From an uncultured Gemmatimonadales bacterium (GTDB lineage Bacteria; Gemmatimonadota; Gemmatimonadetes; Gemmatimonadales; GWC2-71-9), in NCBI GenBank assembly GCA_963841505.1, contig CAWJCZ010000001.1:149834-213833 (forward strand): a stretch of DNA of 64,000 nucleotides, given 5' to 3'. The notes beneath the pieces were generated by a model. It did not search any database and was not told the origin of the DNA. It saw nothing but the letters and a program-made list of their open reading frames with translations. The position numbers and the translations under genes were made by a program. This document shows positions 10,275 through 18,340 of the stretch, piece after piece (the stretch's first letter is position 1; each line of letters begins with the position of its first letter).

Positions 10275-11659
10275 TCACCGGCGGGGTGGATTTTCCCAGC
10301 GCTGGAGCATCCGGACCAGGGTTCGTCGGGAGATTCCGAGCACCCGCGCGGCGCGCTCACGGTTTCCTTCCGATTGACCCAGCACCGCGAGGACGTGCCG
10401 CTTCTCTACCTCGGCCAGGGACAGGGGCGCTGGCGTCAATGAGGTTGCCGGCATCGGCGGAGAGGGCAGGCCGCTACCGTCGTGGAGATCACGGGGCAGA
10501 TGTTCCGGGCCGATTACCCCCTGCGCGGCGAGCACGATCGCCCGCTCGAGCACATTCTGAAGCTCGCGGATATTGCCCGGCCAGGGGTATCTGAGCAGTC
10601 GGGCCTCCGCTTCGGGATCCAGCGCGACCGGATCCCGATGATGTCGCTGCGCCAGCTCGCCCAGCAGGTGATAGATCAGCAACGGAATGTCCTGTTGCCG
10701 TTCGCGCAGCGGCGGCAATGCAACCCGCACGACATCCAGACGGTACAGCAGATCCTCCCGGAACCGTCCCTGCTTGACCAGCGCTTCCAGCTCCTGGTGG
10801 GTCGCGGCGATGATCCGCACATCGACCCGCACCGCGGTATCTGATCCCACCGGGGTGATCTCCCGCTCCTGCAGGACCCGAAGGAGCCGGGTTTGCAGCG
10901 CGGGCGAAATGTCTCCGACCTCGTCGAGGAAGATCGTGCCCCGGTCGGCTTCCCGGAACAATCCGGTTCGGGTTCCCGAAGCCCCGGTAAACGCTCCCCG
11001 GATGTGCCCGAACAATTCGCTCTCGAGCACTCCTTCGGCGAGGGCCGAACAGTTCACCGCGACGAAGCGACTGGCGCTGCGGTCCGAATAGCCGTGGATA
11101 GCCCGGGCAATCAGCTCCTTTCCGGTGCGGTCTCTCCCGTGATCAGCACCGTGGCCTGGCTCTGGGACACGCGCCCCACCGTCTTCATCACTTCGATGAT
11201 TGCCGGACTGTGGCCAACGATGACCGGACTTCCCGGAGCGATGCGGCCGTCTGGGTCGCGGGGAACCACCGGCCGCGCCCGGCGCTCCAGCGCTTGTCCG
11301 ATTGCCTGACGGAGCGCGGCAAGGTCGTACGGCTTCGAGATGAAGTCGTACGCGCCAGCGCGAATCGCAGCGCCCGCGGCCACTGCGTCGCCGAACGCGG
11401 TGAGCACGAACACGAGGGCGTTGGGATCTCGCCGGCGGATCTCCCGCACCAGATCGAGCCCGCTCGCGCCGGGCATCCTGAGATCGGTGAGCACCGCATC
11501 GAATGGCCGTGATTCGGCGTCGATGGTCGTGAGGGCCGCATCAACCGAAAGCGCCCGGGCCACGACATACCCCTCGCGCTCGAGCACCTCGGCGAGCATG
11601 CGGCAGGCTTGCTCGTCGTCGTCCACCAGCAACAGATGCCCGCGGCGGTCCGACATCAT
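10275..11659 (-). CDS. sigma-54-dependent response regulator (NtrC/Fis family), 1-nt deletion inside Walker A
   Basis: Receiver domain LLLVDDDEQ...LTDLRMPG...ISKPYD. VLITGET then reads APERS* but one restored G gives GTGKELIARAIHGYSDRSASRFVAVNC. Also has GAFTGA, the ESELFGH context, and a C-terminal Fis HTH. Confidence 0.8.
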
Positions 11660-11678
11660 CCTCGTCCCATCGGCAGGG

Positions 11679-13060
11679 TCAGCGCCAGGTAGTCCCCCGA
11701 TGGCTCGGTTCCAGGACCAGGTCTCCCCCAAGGGTTGCGGGCGGCGGCTCACCCTGAGGCCAAGCCCGCTCCCGAGGGCACCTTTGATTCGCGAAGGGAT
11801 GGAACAGCTGCTCACGAATTTTCCTGCTGATCCCCGGTCCGGTATCAGACAGAGTCAGCCAGGCGAAGTTCCCATCGCTTCCAAGCCGGATCTGGAGTGC
11901 GCCCCCTGGGGCATGGCATCGAGGGCATTCTTCAACAGATTGAGCAGGATCTGCTCCAGCAGGTCCTCGTCGCCGAGCGCCCGCACGGTGTGATCGCTTC
12001 CATTCTCGATACTGGTCGAGACGCCGGCGGCGAGCGTGGAGGGGCTCGAGAAATTCCAGCATTCGAGTCGCGATGTGGCCGAGGTCGAGCAAGTCGCTCC
12101 GGGCACTGGGCCAGGATACCCTGGTCAGCCACGCCCGCACGATTCCGGCGACCCGCTCGACCTGTCCCAGCATCAGATCCACTCGATGGGCAGGACCGGC
12201 GGCGTCGAGCTCTTTCAGATCGTCCCGCAGCATCTGGAAGTGCCCGTTGATGGTGCTGAGCGGCGTACCGATCTCGTGCGCGAAGCTGCTGGAGGCCTCC
12301 TCGACCAGGGCCGCCCGCTCCAATCCGCGATTCGGTCCTGAGGGTCAGGAGTGCGGCGCGTGACTCGCCCTCCGTTCCCATCTGCGAGGGAAGCCCGCAA
12401 CTCGTTGTAGCCTCGGGCCAGGGTTCGGAACTCCTGGGGGCCCAGCTCGGGCGCAACCGGCCCGAGGCGCGCACCGCCCCGTGCTCCCGCCATAGCCTCT
12501 CCGAGAGCCGCGAGCGGAGCGCCGATCCACCGGCTGGTGAGCCACATGACACTCCCTGCCAGAATCAGAGCGGCCAGGCCGGCGAGCAGGTAGCTTCGCG
12601 TCCTCTCCTCGCTGGCCCACTCGTGCAGCCGGGAGGTCGAAAGACGGAGAGTCAGAAGCGCGTTCACCGTACCGATGCCGAGCGGCTGGGCGACATGCCA
12701 TGCGGGGTGTGGACCGGATTCCTGCCAGGCCATGGCCTGGTCCCGGACAATTGCCTGGCGGTCCTGGGAGGACAGGGCGCGCTGCTCGAGTGAATCGGTC
12801 GCCGCAACGAAACGGGCCTCGCCACCCCGATTCACCACGAAGAGTGCAGCCGCGGTGGACCGCAGGCGAAGACCGCTCCAATCTGCCAGGGCATCCTCCA
12901 AGCCTTCCCGAGTCCCGTCCGCGCGGCGAGATTCGTAGTCTCCCAGCACCGTGGCAATGCGAGGGCTTCCTGCCGGAGGTCTTCCATCCGGGATCGTTCG
13001 GAAAGGGCAAGCGAAGCTTCCGTGGCAACCAGCACCAGTCCGGCTGCGAGGCTCGCGCAT
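11679..13060 (-). pseudogene. sensor histidine kinase (TM-HAMP-HisKA-HATPase_c), at least 5 frame breaks
   Basis: The H-box SFAHEIGTPL, N-box LEQILLNLLKNALDAMPQG, G1 LSDTGPGI and G2 GSGLGL lie in three different frames (ORFs 12215..13060, 11679..12323, 11855..12106, and the N-terminus of 11111..11815). Confidence 0.7.
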
Positions 13061-13088
13061 GACTGAAAAGGCGAGGGAGGTTATTTCT

Positions 13089-13094
13089 ATTATA
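13089..13094 (-). promoter_or_regulatory. perfect TATAAT hexamer on the minus strand 29 nt upstream of the kinase ATG
   Basis: The plus strand reads ATTATA inside a local AT-rich patch (GGTTATTTCTATTATACGG) in otherwise ~70% GC DNA. No convincing -35 element. Confidence 0.25.
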
Positions 13095-13170
13095 CGGCGG
13101 CAACGGCATGCGGATTGCCCGCCGGCACCGAAACCTTCGCCACCACTCCAACCCTTTTGAGTGAATCTGA

Positions 13171-14139
13171 ATGAGCCGCGAGCTCCGGCTCGGCCTGCTC
13201 CTGGTCGGTGCGGGCCTGGTCACCCTGATGATCTGGAAAGTGGGGCCCGCGACCATCTGGAACGGGGTCAGCGGATCATGGTGGGTGGCCCTGGCCCTGA
13301 TCCCGCTCTGGGCGACCGTGTATCTCCTCAATTCGATCGCCTGGCGCCAGCTCACCTCCGCCGGCGGCGCACCGATTCCGCTGCTGCACGCCCTGCGCAT
13401 GACGGTCATCGCCTTCGCGGTGAACTACTCGACCCCGCTCCTGAGCTTTGGCGGCGAACCGCTCAAGGTGATGGCGGCCACCCCGGCTCTGGGGCGCCGC
13501 CGGGCGGTGGGATCTATCGTCGCTTTCCGGCTGCTGCACTCCCTGGTCCACGTCGTCTGGTGGCTGGTCGCCCTGATCCCCGCGGCGCTGCTGCTTCCCA
13601 ACAGCCTGCTCGCGGATTCGACGATCCTGGTGACCGGCGCCGTGATGGTCGGTCTGATCCTCTTTTTTCTTTCCCGCCACCGGGAGGGGATGGCGCTCCA
13701 GTTGCTCCATCTGCTGAAGCGGATCCCTCTGCTCAAGCGGCTGGCCACCCGGCTCGAGCCCCAGGCCGAAGCGCTCCATGAGATCGATCAGCACGTCACC
13801 GAGATCTACAAGCGGGCCCCGGGACGATTTTACGTTGCCTTCGCCGCGGAGTCGGTGGCCCGGCTGCTGTCGCTGGCCGAGTACTGGGTCATTCTCTACG
13901 GGTTAGGGCTGGGGATGAATCCCTGGCGGGCGCTTGTGGTGGCGAGCTTCGCGTCCCTGGTTGTGAACGCACTGATCTTCGTGCCCTTCGAGATCGGGAC
14001 CCGGGAGGGTGGCTCCTATCTCATCTTCCACCTGCTCGGCATCGACCCTGCGCTGGGACTCGCTGCGGCGCTGCTCACCCGGATCCGGGAGCTTACCTGG
14101 ATCGTGATCGGCTGGGCGATGGTCTGGACGGTGAAGTAG
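13171..14139 (+). CDS. lysylphosphatidylglycerol-synthase-TM-like (UPF0104 / flippase-like) membrane protein
   Basis: 322-aa polytopic ORF. The N-terminus LLLVGAGLVTLMIWKVGP...IPLWATVYLLNSIAWRQL is typical of the family. Confidence 0.55.
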   Translation: MSRELRLGLLLVGAGLVTLMIWKVGPATIWNGVSGSWWVALALIPLWATVYLLNSIAWRQLTSAGGAPIPLLHALRMTVIAFAVNYSTPLLSFGGEPLKVMAATPALGRRRAVGSIVAFRLLHSLVHVVWWLVALIPAALLLPNSLLADSTILVTGAVMVGLILFFLSRHREGMALQLLHLLKRIPLLKRLATRLEPQAEALHEIDQHVTEIYKRAPGRFYVAFAAESVARLLSLAEYWVILYGLGLGMNPWRALVVASFASLVVNALIFVPFEIGTREGGSYLIFHLLGIDPALGLAAALLTRIRELTWIVIGWAMVWTVK

Positions 14140-16206
14140 TCAGCTGCCGCCCCGGCGGGCCAGCTCCTTGACGGCTTCGCTGTGTCCATGCTCCGCGGCG
14201 CGGCGGAGCCACTGCATCCCGGTCGCTTCGTCCTTGGTGAACCCGCCCTTGCCGGTGAGCAACCGGATCGCGATCTGGTATTCTCCCTCGGGGTCCCGCT
14301 GCTCCGCCGCCCGGCTGTACCATTGGCCCGCCGCCGCCTCATCCTTCTTCACTCCCTGTCCCCGATCGAGCAGCTCGGCGAGCCGGAGCATCGACGGGAC
14401 GTCGCCCGCTTCGGCCGCCTTCTGGTACCAGCGCGCCGCGATCGCTTCGTTCCGGCGCCGCCCATCGCCCATGGCGTAGCGCTGGGCAATGATCGGCCAG
14501 GCCCGGGAGACCCCCATCGCTGCGGCCACCTCCCATAACCCGGCGCCCTTGTCCCGGTCCGGGCCGCCCGCGATCCCCAGCCCCTGATCGTAGCGCTCCG
14601 CCATGAGCACCACGGCCTGGGTGTCGGGGAGAATCTGGTCCTGCGCCGCGAGTCCCAGGTGCACCGAGGCGAGCCGGTCGTTGCGCGCCACGCCTTTCCC
14701 TTCGGCGTACAGGATGCCGAGGTTGCGCCGGGCCGCACTGCTCGAATCGGCTTCCAGACTGCAGCGCGCGAAGGCGGTGGACCAGTCCTCCAGGTGCATT
14801 GCGTCCTGGCAGGTGGCCGGCACGGCCGGAGCAAGAGTCCCACCGCCCGCGGTGTCGCGGGTTAGGGGCCGGGACGCGGTACCCGGTCGGGTGGCCGGCG
14901 GATTCCGGGTGATCGGCCCGGTCGGGGCAGAGGCCGGGATCCTCCCCGGATCGGGGGGAGCCGGGGGAGAAGCGGTGGACGGCGTGGGCGCCCCGAAAAT
15001 CCCGGCTCGATTCGCTCCGTACCACCCGCCGGCCAGCAGCACCGCCCATACCGCCAGCGTGGCCCACCCCCGCCCGGCTTTGGGCTGGGCCGGATCCGGG
15101 CCGTTCTTCCGGATCTTCCGCCCCTTCACCGCGACCTGCTCGCCCTGAAGCGCTCGGGCAAACTCGTCCATCGAGGCGAAGCGCCGGTCGGGATCTTTCC
15201 GGAGGGCCCGATGGATCGAGGATGAAATGTCGGCAGGAATCTCGGGGAGCATCCGGGAGAGCGGAATCGGCTCGTCGAAGAGCTGGCGCGTCATCACTTC
15301 GCGCACGTTCTCCCCTTCGAACGGCACCCGACCCGACAGCATCTGGTAGCCGACCACTGCGAGCGAGTACTGGTCCGTCGCGGGGGTGAGTGCCTGGTTG
15401 CCGGTCGCCTGTTCCGGGCTCATGTACCGCGGGGTCCCGATGATCACACCGGTGCCAGTCAGGGAATGATCGCCTCCGGCGTCGATCGCCTTCGCAATAC
15501 CGAAATCCATCAGCATCACCCGGCCGGTGCCTCCCTCGATCATCAGATTCTCGGGCTTGATATCGCGGTGGATCACCCCAGCCTGATGGGCGGCGTGTAA
15601 TCCACTCGCAGCTTCAAGAAGAATCCGCCGGGCCTCCGCCACCGGCAGCCGTCCTTCCCGGGCCAGGGCGCCCTTCAGGGTTTCGCCCTGGATCAGCGGC
15701 ATGAGAATCCACAACACGCCCTCCGATTCGCCCACGTCAAAGACCGGCACGATGTGGGGATTCTGGACCGCGCCAACCGCGAGGGCTTCCCGGCGGAACC
15801 GCGCCACCAGCTGCTCGGAGAGAATCAGATCGGGGCGAAGGACTTTGACGGCGAGCTCGCGCTGGAGCCGGAGGTCACGAACCGTGAACACTTCCGCGTA
15901 GCCGCCCCGGCCCAGCAGCCGGCCCAGCTCGTAGTTCGGCCCCAGCGCGGCCTGGAGCCGCTCCGGGGCGACCTCGTAGCTCGGGGTGAGGCCGCCGGCT
16001 CGCCCAGCGCCCAGCAGGGTATCGTCGAGGGGTGCCGCGGTCAGGGATGCCCCGCAGCCCGGACAGAACGCGGCGTCCGCCGGAACCGAGGTGTCACAAC
16101 GGGGACAGGGATGGGTCACGCCGGGTGCCCCATCAGGGCTTGCGTCGCTGCATCTCTCGCTGCGCTTCGGGATGGCCTTTCGCCGCCGCTTGGGCGAGCC
16201 AGGCAT
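14140..16206 (-). CDS. Ser/Thr protein kinase with N-terminal zinc ribbon, TM segment and C-terminal Sel1 repeats
   Basis: CPRCDTSVPADAAFCPGCG; HRDIKPENLM; DFGIAK; GTPRYMSPE; Sel1-like repeats ...LGILYAEGKGVARN.../...AARWYQKAAEAGD.... An alternative GTG start at 16119 would remove the 74-nt overlap with the upstream kinase. Confidence 0.85.
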   Translation of the reverse strand: MPGSPKRRRKAIPKRSERCSDASPDGAPGVTHPCPRCDTSVPADAAFCPGCGASLTAAPLDDTLLGAGRAGGLTPSYEVAPERLQAALGPNYELGRLLGRGGYAEVFTVRDLRLQRELAVKVLRPDLILSEQLVARFRREALAVGAVQNPHIVPVFDVGESEGVLWILMPLIQGETLKGALAREGRLPVAEARRILLEAASGLHAAHQAGVIHRDIKPENLMIEGGTGRVMLMDFGIAKAIDAGGDHSLTGTGVIIGTPRYMSPEQATGNQALTPATDQYSLAVVGYQMLSGRVPFEGENVREVMTRQLFDEPIPLSRMLPEIPADISSSIHRALRKDPDRRFASMDEFARALQGEQVAVKGRKIRKNGPDPAQPKAGRGWATLAVWAVLLAGGWYGANRAGIFGAPTPSTASPPAPPDPGRIPASAPTGPITRNPPATRPGTASRPLTRDTAGGGTLAPAVPATCQDAMHLEDWSTAFARCSLEADSSSAARRNLGILYAEGKGVARNDRLASVHLGLAAQDQILPDTQAVVLMAERYDQGLGIAGGPDRDKGAGLWEVAAAMGVSRAWPIIAQRYAMGDGRRRNEAIAARWYQKAAEAGDVPSMLRLAELLDRGQGVKKDEAAAGQWYSRAAEQRDPEGEYQIAIRLLTGKGGFTKDEATGMQWLRRAAEHGHSEAVKELARRGGS

Positions 16207-18193
16207 AACCCGCTGAATCCGACTTGGCCAGACCGCCCCGGCCCCTCAGGTATGCCATCCCCAGCTCGTACTCGGCGTCGCGGTTTTCCTTGTCGGCGGC
16301 GAGCCGGAACCATCGCATGGCCTCGGTTTCATCCTTGTCCACGCCTTTGCCACGCAGGTACATCTCGCCCAGCTTCGATTGCGCCAGGACTTCGCCCTTC
16401 TCGGCTGCCTTGCGGGTCCAGTACGCCGCGTCCTTGTCGCTCTTCTTGGTTCCCAGTCCCTTCTCGAATCGATCGGCGAGCACCATCCACGCTGGCTGAT
16501 AGTCCGCTTCGGCGGCCTGGCGGATCCGCTCGGTGGCTTCGAGCTCATTCTTGGTCACGCCCTTGCCGAGGCTCAGGAGCTGGCCGTAGCGAAGGGCCGA
16601 GGGAAGGTCGCCGGCTTCCGCCGCCTTGCGATACCAGGTCACCGCTTCGGCGTCGTGCCCGGGCACCTGGCTCTGATCGTACAACCCGGCCAACAGGCGT
16701 TCGGAGACCGGACTGCCACGCTGGGCTTCCTGGGTGCAGACCCGGAACGCGAGGTCGCGATCGTCGCTTGCGGCCGCCTTGGCACAGGTCGGCGCGTTCG
16801 AGGCGGATGGCGGAGCCGGCGGAGGAGCAGCCGGCGTCGTTGCACCACGCTTGGGATCGGGAGTCGCCGGCTTCTTTGCGTTGGTGCCGGTCTCTGCCGG
16901 CGGAGCCGCAGGCGGATTCACCGCCGCAACCTGGGTTCCTGCGACGGTCTGACCGGGGGCGGCGGCGAGCGAGTCGGCATGCCGGGTGGTATCGGTCGCG
17001 ACGGTCGTGCTGTCGGATGGCAGAACCTCGGCCTGCGGTCCCTTGCGGAGCAGGGCCGCGGTGACCGCCGCGACGACGAGAAGCCCGGCGCCTGCGGCCA
17101 TCCAGGTCGCGCGGGACCGCTTGCGAGGAGGCACCGTGGCGAGGGCCGCCGCCCGGGTCTCTTCCATGATGGTATGCTCGATCGCTTCGCCGAAGGCTTC
17201 CATCGAAGGGAATCGCTCGGCGGCTTCCTTCGCCATCGCCCGGGACACCGATTCCATCAGGGCCTGGGGGACCTCGGGCACCAGCTCCCGCATCGAACGG
17301 GGCGACTCCATCATCTGTTTGAAGAGCACCTGGCGGGTGCTCTCGCCCTCGAAGGGGACCGCCCCGGTCAGCATGTGATAGCCGACCACCGCGAGGGAGT
17401 ACTGGTCGGTGCGGGCGTCAATGCGGGGATCGCCGCTGGCCTGCTCCGGACTCATGTAATGCGGCGTCCCGACAATGGTGCCGGTCGAGGTCAGGGTGCT
17501 GTCGCCGGCGGCATCCATCACCTTCGCGATGCCGAAGTCCATGACCAGGACCCGCCGGGCCTTGCCCTCGAGCATGATGTTCTCGGGCTTGATGTCACGG
17601 TGGATCAGTCCGGCCTCGTGCGCCGATCCCAGCGCCGCCGCCGCTTCGAGCATGATGCGCCGGGCTTCATTGATCGGCCGCCGCCCGTCCCGGATCAGCA
17701 GCGACTTGAGGCTTTCTCCCTTGATGAGCGGCATCAGGATGTACATGATGCCGTCGGCTTCGCCGATGTCGTAGATCGGCACGATGTTGGGATGGCGCAG
17801 TGCGGCGACTGCTTCTGCTTCGCGACGGAACCGGGCCAGGATGGTCTCCGAAACCCCCAGGTCGGGCCGCAAGGCCTTGAGCGCGAGATCCCGCTTGAGC
17901 CAGAGATCGCGGACCTGGAAGACCTCAGCAAATCCGCCCCGCCCGATCAGGTGGCCCAGCTCGTAGTGGTTCCCCAGCGCTGGTTTGAGCTTGGCGGTCA
18001 GGCTCTCGGTTGCCGCCCCCGGCCGGAGCAGACCATCCGGGATGAGGATCTCGCCGGTTTCCTTGTCGATGGCGGGAGGGGTGGCCGATCCACAGACATA
18101 GCAAACCGAGGCCTGCTCGGGGAGCGGTGTGCTGCAGGATGGGCAGAGCCGGGTGGTCGCCACGAGACACGATCTTGCTGAGGGGTTGACCAA
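16133..18193 (-). CDS. Ser/Thr protein kinase with N-terminal zinc ribbon, TM segment and C-terminal Sel1 repeats (tandem paralogue)
   Basis: CPSCSTPLPEQASVCYVCG; HRDIKPENIM; DFGIAK; GTPHYMSPE; Sel1 repeats AVTWYRKAAEAGD..., AAYWTRKAAEKGE..., AMRWFRLAADKEN.... Confidence 0.85.
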   Translation of the reverse strand: MVNPSARSCLVATTRLCPSCSTPLPEQASVCYVCGSATPPAIDKETGEILIPDGLLRPGAATESLTAKLKPALGNHYELGHLIGRGGFAEVFQVRDLWLKRDLALKALRPDLGVSETILARFRREAEAVAALRHPNIVPIYDIGEADGIMYILMPLIKGESLKSLLIRDGRRPINEARRIMLEAAAALGSAHEAGLIHRDIKPENIMLEGKARRVLVMDFGIAKVMDAAGDSTLTSTGTIVGTPHYMSPEQASGDPRIDARTDQYSLAVVGYHMLTGAVPFEGESTRQVLFKQMMESPRSMRELVPEVPQALMESVSRAMAKEAAERFPSMEAFGEAIEHTIMEETRAAALATVPPRKRSRATWMAAGAGLLVVAAVTAALLRKGPQAEVLPSDSTTVATDTTRHADSLAAAPGQTVAGTQVAAVNPPAAPPAETGTNAKKPATPDPKRGATTPAAPPPAPPSASNAPTCAKAAASDDRDLAFRVCTQEAQRGSPVSERLLAGLYDQSQVPGHDAEAVTWYRKAAEAGDLPSALRYGQLLSLGKGVTKNELEATERIRQAAEADYQPAWMVLADRFEKGLGTKKSDKDAAYWTRKAAEKGEVLAQSKLGEMYLRGKGVDKDETEAMRWFRLAADKENRDAEYELGMAYLRGRGGLAKSDSAGYAWLAQAAAKGHPEAQREMQRRKP

Positions 18194-18340
18194 AATAGCT
18201 CTCGGACCGCCAATTCGAAAAACCGGTAGCCTGACCGGGGTGCAATTTCGAGCAGGGGGTCGGGGGGAGGAAGCGGAAGGGTCGGAGGCCGGAACATCCC
18301 ACGCGAGGGCACTACGTTGTCCCGACCCCCGATCCTGATC

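Noticed and set aside
16379-18181. Very long ORFs antisense to confident genes. Examples: 16379..18181, 111..950, 5741..6958, 18317..19444, 24306..25478, 26146..27234, 27804..28841, 30684..32270, 32878..33966, 47443..48768, 54897..56138, 56135..58216 and 60003..61442.
   Set aside because: Their translations are Arg/Pro/Gly-rich low-complexity sequence with no motifs, while the opposite strand carries clear family signatures. These are typical shadow ORFs in ~70% GC DNA.
18255-18330. 10-bp inverted repeat GGGGGTCGGG ... CCCGACCCCC downstream of the DUF5916 gene.
   Set aside because: The arms are separated by 56 nt and are G/C homopolymer-rich. It is not convincing as a terminator or structured RNA without folding or covariation evidence.
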